Positions 40,528 through 56,100 of a DNA stretch of 64,000 nt are shown here, in pieces. The position numbers and the translations under genes are program-made. Location of the stretch: NCBI GenBank assembly GCA_965637545.1, contig OZ281495.1, positions 22,382,001 through 22,446,000 on the forward strand, in the 5' to 3' direction. Source of the stretch: Phallusia mammillata (taxonomy: Eukaryota). How positions within the stretch are numbered: the stretch's first letter is position 1; each line of letters starts with the position of its first letter. Under the pieces are notes generated by a model, which saw only the letters and a program-made list of their open reading frames with translations, searched no databases and was not told where the DNA came from.

Positions 40528-40901
40528 GGGCTCCTCTAAAATACGCAATCTACGCAATCTACTTATAAAACGTATACAACTTTGAAAAATGTTGACGGTT
40601 AGGGCTTTTAGGGTCTGGGTGAGGTTTTATAATAAAATTAACACTATAATTTAGTTTTAGATGTCCGGTTTGGGCTTAATATTCTCATATGTGTTGAGAG
40701 TGGTACTAAACACTGTATGGTACCGCATGTTAACACTTGTAGAGAAAATGAGACCTGAAAGGCATCTGAAATTAAATTATAAAGTTAATTGTATCACAAA
40801 CCCTCACCCTGACCCTAATAGCACTAACCGTCAACATCTTAGTTAGTTTTTGTTAGTAGATTGCGTATAGCTTGCGTAGATTGCGTATTTTAGAGTGGCC
40901 C
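40528..40901. mobile_element. MITE with 9-bp TSD (Mutator- or Merlin-like)
   Basis: TIR GGGCTCCTCTAAAATACGCAATCTACGCAA / TTGCGTAGATTGCGTATTTTAGAGTGGCCC; perfect TSD gtggtggct. Confidence 0.88.
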
Positions 40902-41011
40902 GTGGTGGCTTACCTTGTGCATTTTATCTTTTGCGTTTGAGTACACAGTAGACCAATATTCAATTGCGTTGCCTTTTTTCTCATTTCAGGTTTAGGTGGT
41001 TATAATTAAAC

Positions 41012-43948
41012 ATGCAAAAAGAAGGTTATCTTGTTGTTGTGTCTTTGCTTGAGGGAAGAAACTTTCCCTCAAGACCTAAGCATAACCTCCTCATTGAATG
41101 CAAGTTTGATGGAGAATTGCTTGCTACAGATCCTGTGGCTCACAACGAAGTGCCAAACTTCACAACAGAACTTGCATGGGAAATGGACCGCAAATCATTG
41201 CACCAACATCGTATGCAGAGGACCCCTGTAAAGTTGCAGTGTTATGCTGTTGATACTGTAAAAAATATCCGTGAACACATTGGATATATTCTGCTTGATC
41301 TCCGTGGAGCACAGCTTAAGGCCCAACCTGCCAAGTGGTACAATATTCTTAGCAGTAAGTATCCAAAACTAAAGCCTGCTGTCAAAATTTCCATGATACT
41401 AGAAGATGACTCAGCATCAGAAAAGCATGGTTTTAAAGCTCAAGAAGCACCCCCTCGTTCAGTACCTCCAATTGCAGGTGGAGAAATTGAAGCTGTTTTA
41501 AATGATGAAGGGGGCTATTTTCAAATTGGACCAGAAAGCTCCAGTTGTGAAATGTTCATTCTTGCTGTTACTGTTGGATCTGCATTCAACCTAGAACAAC
41601 TTATACCTGGACAAAGGCCTTTACCAGCTCTAACCTCTGGGTTCTTTTTTTATTATTCACTTTTTGGTAGTGACATTACCAATGATCCTTTCTTCGATTT
41701 GCTGTCTCCAGACATAACTCCGGAGCGGGCATCAATTCGAATTTCTAGTACTGTCAATTTTCTCAAAGGGTATTTTAACAAACACTCAGTTTTGAAAGTT
41801 CACTTGTGTTGTGGTGACCATTTACTTGGATCAGCATCAGCACCTTTTGTAAATTTGTTCACAAAGAAACATGTAAATATGCTAAAAAATGACACTGTTA
41901 TCATTGATGGAACTTATCACCTTACCCCACCAGATAATCCGATTGACCATGAAGCTATTCAACCACGTGTTAATGTTTCATTGGCACTGAGAAAGGAATC
42001 TGTTGAACAACATACACCAAGAAAATCCCAGCCAAAAGTTGTGGATGAAAATTTCGAGGCAGCACCCAATGACAAACCAGTACGTGACACTGACAGTGAT
42101 GAAAAGCCCACTTCTGCTCAGCCAAAACTGGTCCACTCAACCCCAACTAAAGTTCCTTTAAAATCACCAGAAAGGCAGAAAAAGATGCTAGATACAGAAG
42201 ATGATGCTACAAGCCTTAGTTCTGAAGATGAGGTACAGCCTAAACAAGTTAATGCTCCCTCACCTATAAAGCCTTTGCCAAGTAAACCATCTCATGCTGA
42301 CCAAAGCAACAGCCTGGCAACGACTGAGACGCACACAGACATACCACCTCCAACACACCACTTCCGATTTTCATTGGACATTAAAACTATCAGTAAACTA
42401 CAGTTGCCCCATGCCTGTAACATTTTTGTGAAATATTCCTACCCATTCTTTGGAAGTTATGCCCCTATTATGACATCTCCTGTTCAAGTCACCAATCAGT
42501 CTGAGGTGATTGTACCCCACTCAGCATGTGCCTTTGACTTTGCATGTCCTGTACCACTGCTAATGAGCACCTTTCGCACAGTACCCATTGAATTGGAATT
42601 ATGGCACAAGGATAAAGAGTCTGACAACATTCAACTTGGCACTACAACTCTTGCCCTTTCAAAAATTGTAGAAGCAGACCAAGATACCATCCTTCTTGAT
42701 CCAGGCGCGGCTAGATCACCCATTGGCTATCGTCAAACTTTTCGTGCATCGCTACATGTTGTTTCACCTTCCGGTGGTCAAGTAGCTCAGCTCAATGTTG
42801 TGACTAATTTGGAAAATCTGGGTGAGGTGCGAGACCGTGCAGTTTTGAAACAGCAACAACCGTCTCGGTCCGACAGCAGTGATCAGCCAAAACCTAAGCC
42901 CCGTCATGTTGAACCTCCGGTCGAAGACCCACGGGAAACTAACGAATACAAAGCAGCTATTGAACTTGAACTGTGGAAGTCTCAGGAAAGGGATGCTTTC
43001 TCCAAGCGACTCAAAGACCTGGAAACGCAGCATTTGCAAACCTTGGGAGAAGAATTTAAAAAGCGTGATCGAGAACGGGAAGCGCTAGTTGCAAAACGTA
43101 TCGCTGAATACCACGCTTTGGAGAAAAAGCTGTCAACATCGATCGCAAGTTTGGAAAAGAGAGAACAGCAAGTAACAGTTGCTGAACAGGAATTGACGCG
43201 ACTGAACAAAGATGCTATGAGGGAAAAGGACCGGGTTCTGACAGAAGCTAAGGAGGCGACGCGACGTATGAAAGATGACTGCGTTCATCAGGTGCAGTTG
43301 GAGCGGGAACGCCGGGCGTTACTGGAGGAGCAAAACGGAAAACTAACCAAACAAATAAATGAGCTGGAGAAAAAATATGCCGCCGTAATGGCACAATTCT
43401 ACGACTACAAGAACGAGCAAAGTACCCGGCCTGAAATGCGACTTCAGGCTGAATTGAACCTGCTGCGTTTGGAAAAGACTGAGGTTGAGCGCAAGCTTGA
43501 GTCTACGACCAAGTCAAAGTTGCACTACAAACAGCAATGGGGCCGAACACTGAAGGAGTTGGCAATGATGAAGAAACGGGAGCAAGACCATGCGATGGCC
43601 AACCTCAAACAGCAACAACAAGAACTTGAGAATTTAAAAATTCGCTACCTTGCATCAGATGAAAAGAAGGCGCTTGAAAACGACAGCGATCGACTAAAGC
43701 AAATTGAAAGCGACATACGATCCATGAAACAAGGCACGGCCGCCACAAAAATGTCCTCTATAGCTATAGAGCCGTGTCAGGAAAAATCCAGCGTGTTTGA
43801 AGATATCAATGAAAGGGTTTCGCGACTAATCGAAGAAAGAGACACCTTATTAAGGACGGGTGTCTATTCGGACAGTGACCGCATTATTACTGAACTTGAC
43901 CGACAAATCAAAGAAGAAATGGCAAAACGTGGTCGCATGAACACATAG
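41012..43948 (+). CDS. CEP120: Centrosomal protein 120, intronless, 978 aa
   Basis: C2 domains (VVVSLLEGRNFP...FDGELLATDPV...FTTELAWE...LHQHRMQRTPVKLQCYA), HHFRFSLD, ETNEYKAAIELELWK, coiled coil, terminal RLIEERDTLLRTGVYSDSDRII.ELD. Confidence 0.96.
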   Translation: MQKEGYLVVVSLLEGRNFPSRPKHNLLIECKFDGELLATDPVAHNEVPNFTTELAWEMDRKSLHQHRMQRTPVKLQCYAVDTVKNIREHIGYILLDLRGAQLKAQPAKWYNILSSKYPKLKPAVKISMILEDDSASEKHGFKAQEAPPRSVPPIAGGEIEAVLNDEGGYFQIGPESSSCEMFILAVTVGSAFNLEQLIPGQRPLPALTSGFFFYYSLFGSDITNDPFFDLLSPDITPERASIRISSTVNFLKGYFNKHSVLKVHLCCGDHLLGSASAPFVNLFTKKHVNMLKNDTVIIDGTYHLTPPDNPIDHEAIQPRVNVSLALRKESVEQHTPRKSQPKVVDENFEAAPNDKPVRDTDSDEKPTSAQPKLVHSTPTKVPLKSPERQKKMLDTEDDATSLSSEDEVQPKQVNAPSPIKPLPSKPSHADQSNSLATTETHTDIPPPTHHFRFSLDIKTISKLQLPHACNIFVKYSYPFFGSYAPIMTSPVQVTNQSEVIVPHSACAFDFACPVPLLMSTFRTVPIELELWHKDKESDNIQLGTTTLALSKIVEADQDTILLDPGAARSPIGYRQTFRASLHVVSPSGGQVAQLNVVTNLENLGEVRDRAVLKQQQPSRSDSSDQPKPKPRHVEPPVEDPRETNEYKAAIELELWKSQERDAFSKRLKDLETQHLQTLGEEFKKRDREREALVAKRIAEYHALEKKLSTSIASLEKREQQVTVAEQELTRLNKDAMREKDRVLTEAKEATRRMKDDCVHQVQLERERRALLEEQNGKLTKQINELEKKYAAVMAQFYDYKNEQSTRPEMRLQAELNLLRLEKTEVERKLESTTKSKLHYKQQWGRTLKELAMMKKREQDHAMANLKQQQQELENLKIRYLASDEKKALENDSDRLKQIESDIRSMKQGTAATKMSSIAIEPCQEKSSVFEDINERVSRLIEERDTLLRTGVYSDSDRIITELDRQIKEEMAKRGRMNT

Positions 43949-44920
43949 CTGCTGCGGGTAGCGTTGACATTAGTGGTACAGTTTTTCCGCCAAGGATTAA
44001 TTTCGCTAAAGCCACATGCCGGTGGAAGCTAAACTTGTATTGTTTAGTTTTTTGAGTTGACTGATGTGTTTGTTTTTTAGATACAAACGTGTAAAGTGTT
44101 GAGTTTACCATTATTATTGCAGATTTTATACTCTTATCGCTTTCATTTGTGTTGCAGTATGGAACGCTTAGAATAAAATCCGACTATTTACGGTTTCCGT
44201 TTGGGAGTGTATGTAAAACCGAATTTGCACCAAATTCTAGTATTCGGCAGTTGTTGCCGAAAATTCTGCCGAATTAAGAGAACCACGACTTTCACAGTAT
44301 TTTTTTCTGCAAGGATAACGGCGGTATTACTGCAGTTGCATTGCATCGCGGTGCTAGTTCTGCGGATTTTGAGGTTGCCCCGGCCACCGTTGCCAGCCTT
44401 GTAATGATTTGGGCTATTGAGCTATTTTGCAAAAGGACAATGATTTAATAATACAAGCTGATCCAATGTAAGTTATTGCGCAGTTGTTTTTTCACGATTC
44501 AGTTTCGTTAAAATACGGACGAAACCCTTACATTTACTTTGAGGCTTAAGTAAATTGCACCTTATTACGAATATCTTGGAACTCGAAACAAGACGTAGTA
44601 TTTGAAATTCTGACCAGTTTTTAACGGAACATATAGTATCTGCTGTGCAGCGGACTCTACCCTACATTGTAGGTAGGGCCTACATACATGCACAGCCACG
44701 AAAAATCATTTTCAGTAAGCCACAGGGTCATTTTTTGTATTATTATATTTATGATGAAATGAAAAAATATCATTATATAGTGTTAAAATTCGCAGGTGGC
44801 CATGCAGTAGCAAACATTTCGCTTTTGTACATATATTTTTGCCACTGGTTTAAAAGTTTTCAAACCACTAGCCTGCGACGCAGCGGAGTTGGACTCACTC
44901 TGGTGTATCGGATTAATCGG

Positions 44921-44935
44921 GTCGCTATTAGTAAC
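44921..44935. promoter_or_regulatory. RFX X-box-like motif upstream of CFAP91
   Basis: GTCGCT-ATT-AGTAAC fits GTNRCY(N0-3)RGYAAC, ~120 nt upstream of the CFAP91 ATG. Confidence 0.5.
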
Positions 44936-45053
44936 ACAGAAGCAAACCAGAATTGTGAATGTAGGAGAGGTCTATTGCGTTTTGTATTTTAATGATGTAG
45001 TTTAGCCCACCATTCATCACCGTCTGGGAAAAACAACTGTGAGCCTATTAAAA

Positions 45054-49404
<4,351 letters not shown>

Positions 49405-49769
49405 AGACTTTTTGTGTTCGGTTTGTGAATGTGAAAAGTAAAGTTGTTCCAAAATATTAGCTTCTTCTTTTACGGCGAAAATTTCTTTCCCTATTAAACG
49501 ACACACTTCAAAGTTAGCGACATGTTAAATGTGGCACTTGCTGATTACCATATTATCACATACTTAATAAATAGTTTTTGTTCGGCATCCCGATATACGT
49601 AAAATCTTCAACGCATTTTGATTTGTAAAATTTATTGTCTGTGGAACAAAGATAACAATCAAAACTTTCGTAACATTTATTGTCTGTGGAACAGATAACA
49701 AAATTAAAACCACTTTGTGCAATGCAACCCACAAGTTGCTCACAAAATTCGCGGGAATGGTTTACCGCA

Positions 49770-51239
49770 TTAGTAAAGATCCAGGCGTTTTTGCTTGTTG
49801 AGTGGCATGGCTTCCCGCATTTTGTACACCTCCGAAACATCTGCGTAGTGACGAAATTAAACGCTACGTATATGTCCAAAACCAAAGACATTTTCGGGCC
49901 AGTTTTATAAGCCAAATATCCAGCAAAACAGTTTTAATCAATCTATGACGGCCCATATATATTTGTACATTTTGTTATACATGTGCGTGATCGCATAAAT
50001 TGACATGTAGGCAACTGGTTGTGCATCCCTGGTCTTAAATGTTTCTGCTTACCTATATCGGCATAAATTATGGTCTCCTTGGTCTCGGCCTCCGATATTA
50101 CGCTCCCCCTTTAATAAAAATGTGTCATTTTTTTAAAGCTCAGGCATTGTTTTTGTGACCCAAATGCACAACACATTTGTCACGTACCAAGGGCTAATCA
50201 CACAGCTGTGGCTCCACGGAACGTAGGACAATTCAGTATTTCTCGCAGGTGCAATTCCTGCGATGTACAATTGATTGTCTAGAGCTCTGAAACAGGGAAA
50301 TGGAAGAAACCGTTGTTTGACTATTTTACTTTCGAACTATATAGTCTGTTATAAAACTAAACTTTCACACAAGCCCTCGACTGGAAATATTTGCCTATTT
50401 TAAAGAATAGTTACTAGGTAGGTTACACGGTTGAATAAATGATACCACATAAGTTTGTTTTGAATTTTGAATCATACCTTGCTGTTAACAACGGCTTCCA
50501 GTGTACTGGGCCTGTTCTTAAGTTAAAAACGCTCGGAAAAAGAACAAGATGACAACCATTGTTGGCATAACGCTGGGCGACTTCGGGAAACCGTAGATCG
50601 TAGCAAATGCCCAATCCAACTTTAAACGGACCTATACACAAACGTGGCAAATTGGACTATTGAAAACATTGTGGCATATTTCAAAACTACCTATACAAAA
50701 CGTTGCAAATTCATTTCCTGATTTAAGAACATTCGATTCTGTGAAATTCACTTTGCCGGGAATTTTAATATCACACATGTGCATCTTTTTAAATGTAGCT
50801 ACTATTTTGCCAGCAGGGTTGAACACACAACACGTATTGTAATAATTTCCCTCAGCCGACTCGGGAATAGAACCTTTAAAAACAATGAAAAAGTAAGAAG
50901 CAATACTTTTTTTCTGTCAAGGACATACCTCCCACGATGTACACACTACATTCTTTCGCAAGTTTTGATAAAAGTGAAGCAGTTGGTCCTGTTGGAATTG
51001 CTTATGCATAGTTTTTGAAATGCTGCACTCCGTAGGGCGAGTTGAAACACTCCTGTTAAGAGTGTTTAGTAACTCAACTCAACATCAGAAATGAAATTTA
51101 AAAACGTTTTAGAATTTCTTACCGGAAGGACAATAAGTTCTGCACTATTTAAGGCTGCTTCTTTAATCATATTACAAGCCCTTTGCAAATTTTCATCTTT
51201 CTGGGTTCCTATAAAGTTCTGAACCAATGCCAGACGCAT
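49770..51239 (-). pseudogene. NIT2: NIT2 (omega-amidase) paralog A with an in-frame nonsense codon (pseudogene or null allele)
   Basis: Same exon phases as paralog B; [19 protein letters not shown] with TAA at 51004-51002 where paralog B has GAA (EYSEP); E/K/C triad otherwise intact (LPE, FKKMH, GICYD); natural stop 49772-49770. Confidence 0.8.
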
Positions 51240-53125
51240 GACTGTCGTTAGCAGTATAAATGTTTGAACAGCCTGAATAAACGTATCATATACATAACAC
51301 TAGGTTGATATGAAAAAGTCGTACAAACTTCTATACCCGACTGACGTTATATGCTATCATTTCGGACTTTTAATCGTGAAAGTTTACACTTACTCTTGCC
51401 CATATGTCTACATTAACATGTCTTTAGTTTGTGCAACCTCTAAAAATGGGTGGTTTTTACAAGGCAAAATATCATCAAAATTGGCTGTTTATGGCACAAC
51501 TCTAAACAAAACAATAACATTGTGACCAAAGTATAGCACAAACTATCTAAAAAGCACAGTGACACTTACGAAAGTCGGATCACTGCTAAGTTCATGTGAA
51601 GTATCCAGCCTGGAAAACAGACTATTAGGCAAACAAGGTGAGTAAAACGCTGACGAAACATTTTTTGGCGACCTACATTAAAGTTAAAGTCGGTTTGCAA
51701 AGACCGAAAATGCTGAACTTCGAAAATAGCAGTGATGGCGCCATGGCGAAGTGAAATCTAACTGACCGGACAAAAGAAAGTTACTTGACAAAGTGCACGG
51801 TATTGAAAGAAAAAACAAACAAGTTTACTGCCGGTATGTCACTTTGGCAAATAAATGTGCAGTGAAAGCACAAAAGGATACAAAACGTCACATTTCCGTT
51901 GATGGCGACAGTAAGCAGTGTTGTGTTGGGAGGAGGATAGCGGTGACGTCCACTACAACCAAATTTGTACTCGGTTTCGGGCCCATAAATTTTTTAACTG
52001 TTCAAAATAATTTTGGGTTTTAATACCCCACTGAACGACTGTTTTAAAAGGTTTAAACAATACGATGGCGGGACGTTACCAGCAAGCAGACAAAATCATT
52101 CATTTTTTCCGACTTTTCGAATGCTTTTTCGTTTAACTTACAGGCTATGGTGGTTCTGGAACGTTTCAAAGAAATAAACTCGCCCAGACGTTAATGGCGT
52201 CTGTTTTTATTGTATTTGAACGACTTTTACAAATTCTCGTTTACAACTATTCTTCAATTAGTATTCGAATGAGTTGTGTATTCTTGTTGCGAACTTGTGG
52301 CAACAAAGAACCATGTTGTATATTCTTAAACATACGAGTAAGCGAAAATGTGTTGCAATTGCAAATAAAAAAAATTAAACGTTGATTTAATCAGTGTAAA
52401 AACACCTCAACGGCAATTTTATGTCTCGATTGCTGTTATGTCCTACTGACTAAAAACAGATGGCAGTCCGTTTTCTGCACTTAAAAAACGACGCTATTGT
52501 AACTTTTTGTGTATGTAATCTTCAATATGCATATTAATAGGTCGCTGGCACTCAACTCTTGACAGAATCTCATACACATTCAGGCAAACAACATAGTTTG
52601 TTTTGCAGGCATATTTTTCTGAGTTCCAATAAATTTTAAGCAACAAATAGTTACAACATCAATAAAATAAAAGATTAAGCCAACAGCACAAACACAAGTC
52701 TACCAAAGACAAATCTAGGCCTCTAGAATTTTCATCCGATTCATTTTTACTCAATTTTGTACCTGTCAGACACAAATAATCCAATATAATTTGTTAATGT
52801 ACTATGGTTCAAAATCTCCAATCAAAGTATAATTCAAGCACTAAAGAAAAACGATTCACAGCCAAGACGCATGATAAAAGCATACTGGGTGAACACAGAG
52901 CAAATTAATTTGTTAAATTTTATCTTTAAAAGCTGTCTTTGCAAAAAACTAATGCAAGTTACTTTTCAACTCCATTAAAATAAAAACAGGTATGGACTAA
53001 CATGCATTCTATCAATACAATGATATAAAAGTTAATGAATGATACACCTGCCCTAACCACCGCAGACAAGCAAAATTTTTGGCATAAATAGTTCAATGTT
53101 AAAAGACAAAGATAATTCGAGGCAC

Positions 53126-56100
53126 CTAATCGACATGTTGGTTTACATCAATGTTGTATCCAGACATTTCCTTTAAACTTTCGCATGGGTTCGGTCTTGA
53201 ATACACATCCAATCTCCTTTGATTATTAAGAGGAATATTTTGACGTACTTCCTCAAGACGCCCAATATCTGTTTTAATGAGTGGTTAAGTAAGCTTGTGA
53301 TACACTAATTATTTTTTATTGAGATAACTTTTGTAACACAGCACAGGTTTATTTAACTGAACACATTTAAAGAAAACAAAAGTAATTGATTGTAGATTCT
53401 TACCAATTTCTGCATATATTATTGACTCTTCATGACTAGTTTTTGCAAGAATATCTCCCCTGAAAATCACACAAAAGCATAGGTTTCAAATTGCTCACTA
53501 CAAAGTCTGTGACCAAATCCAACATAGAAAACCATTTGTTGTAGATGGCATATAATTGTTACCTAAATGGTTAAGTTTAACCTTTATGAATTTTTTTAAA
53601 ACCCAGAAAGGGAAAAATAACACCAATACAGTATAACAAACACTGGCTAATTTAGGTGCAATAAACATGTTGATCTGCAGTAACCTCTCGCCAAGAAGAA
53701 ATCAAGTGAATAGTTTTTTACGATAAATTGATTGGAATTGCTCTTTCTAAGCCAAAACATAGAAAACAACACAAGGTTGGGCAGAAAAAAATTATCAAAA
53801 CATTATGTGCTGCACGCAGGGAAGGTACGCATAATAAACTGACCATGGGCCAACAGTCGAAGAGTTACCCCAAGCCACATAGGTTGCACCTTCATCTCTA
53901 GCTGGTGAAACAGCTGCCACATACATTTGGTTGTCCAGTGCCCTAAAAACATGACATAATTTATGTCTGAAAACAAGCAGGCAAATTAACATACCTTGCT
54001 TGCTGCAAAAGTTGCCAATGTGCAGGCCCAGTTGTCATATTAAATGCTCCTGGGTATACAACTAGATGACAACCTTCCTTAGCATAAATTTGGGCTAGTT
54101 CAGCAAACCGCATGTCATAGCAAATTCCCAATCCTACTTTACAGGGTCCTAAAAACAAGAGCATAAGTTTTACTTGACCAATTCTAAATTCCTTAGTTTT
54201 CATTTAATGTTTATTAAGATGAACATAAATTCATAACTGGGATCAACCCTAAAGCGCCGATGCAGAACAGCAATCATGGCACACTCATATGTAAAGATGC
54301 CGTTAATGGGCCTGGCATACTGTGATTTAATGTTTATGGCAGTGGTTCTCAAACGTTTTTGGGTTGCGACGCCTCTGGAAAAGATTTCTGGGCTTGCGAT
54401 GCACCAGCGAAAAAAGTTAATGAGGAAACTTATTATTAAAGTTGTGTTTATTGATACAGTAACATAAAGCCACGAAACGAAACCATTGTGCGGCTCCCCT
54501 GGAAAATTTAAACGACGCACCAGGGCGTCGCGACGCATAGTTTGAGAACTCCAGGTTTATGGGATTAAAAATTTGCCATATATAAATGCATATTTTCAGT
54601 TTATTGCTAGATGATGCAACATAAAACATGGAACTACTTGTGGTGTGAACAGCAGATGATTTAAACTAGAGATGCACTGAACAACTGTGAAAGGTTCAGA
54701 CCGAAACCCAATATTTAGTTACAAGGTAGAATTATTTTATTTAAATGAACATAAAATACAAATTCTAATGAAGGTTTTAAAAAGAAATATACAAGTAAAC
54801 TATTTTGTGGCACAAAGACACCAAAACACATTTAAGGATGCATAAGCAGCACAAACTTAGAAAAGGTTCACTTGGAGCATTTTATTTATTTAACTGCAAA
54901 ACTTTCATGGTTGCATAAACATGTTTGGTTTCGGAAAAGTTAAACTTATGTGCACCACTAATTTGATCAACACATACAAAACAAACGTCCTGGGAAAATC
55001 TACCTGCATTGAATGTGACAAATGTATTTCCTGGCTTCAGTACATCAGATTCTTGAAAGAAGATTTTTCCTGGCACATTAATATCAAACAAATGCATTTT
55101 TCTGTACTTTGCTATAGTATCACCATTTGGAGCAAATACTGAACAGGTGTTGTACAGATTTCCATTTTCATTTTCAGGAATTGATCCTGTCAAAATCACA
55201 TGGAAATGTTTTTTTATTGAAAGCAGTGTAATTTCAAAACAACAAACCTCCAACCAGAAAAACTTGACACTCCTTAGCCACCTCAGAAAGTGACTTTGTG
55301 GTTGGTCCAGGGACAGGTTCAGAGTATTCTTTGAAATATTGTGTTCCATAAGGAGAGTTGAAACATTCCTTTTGTTACAAAACAAATGTTATCTTTCATT
55401 TTACCATGAAACTACTGAAATACGTATTTGTAATAGAATAGTTATGTGGAAATCTTATCATAGCTTAAAACATTGCAATAAATAAGGCAAAAACGAAGTA
55501 GAAGAAAAGCTCTTCTATAACAGACTTATTACAACTAGAAAAGAGCCTTTCTGATATACTTCAATTTGATATATTCTATACGATATTTACCAATTTACTA
55601 TACTATACACAATTGTATCTACATGTATGATTGTTTTTGCAAGCAAAAACGAATGGGTCCCCACACTAGTGTTTATGCAGATTTACGGTAAACCTATGTT
55701 GCGGTTATTTTTAGATTCTTAAGGACAAATTTTTCACAAAACATTAACTTAACTTCAAAAGTTTTTGTCCGTATTCTTTTTGCATCATTATTGTCATATA
55801 ATTACAAAAAATCGGTGAAAAAAGAACGGGGAAAATACTTTCAATTTAATCTCTTGCTTTGACCTTGATATTGTCGTTTAAGTTCAGTTTTTAAACACAA
55901 ATTTTCCTAGAAAGCCGTAACTGTTTTTTGTCATTATATAAAAAAGTCGTTTGCTACAAAGGTATACATAAAAACTTGTTTTTCACCTAACTTTGTTTCG
56001 CAAAAACGACCATTTAATGACCTTTTGACACTGTTTTTAACAGCATGCAGTCCTTAGTGTTTAACAATACCGTTCAGCCTAATTTATACATCACTTAAGT

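Noticed and set aside
51002-51004. Recoding (selenocysteine or readthrough) of the NIT2A stop
   Set aside because: The codon is TAA, not TGA; the paralog has Glu at a non-catalytic position; no SECIS-like element was recognised.
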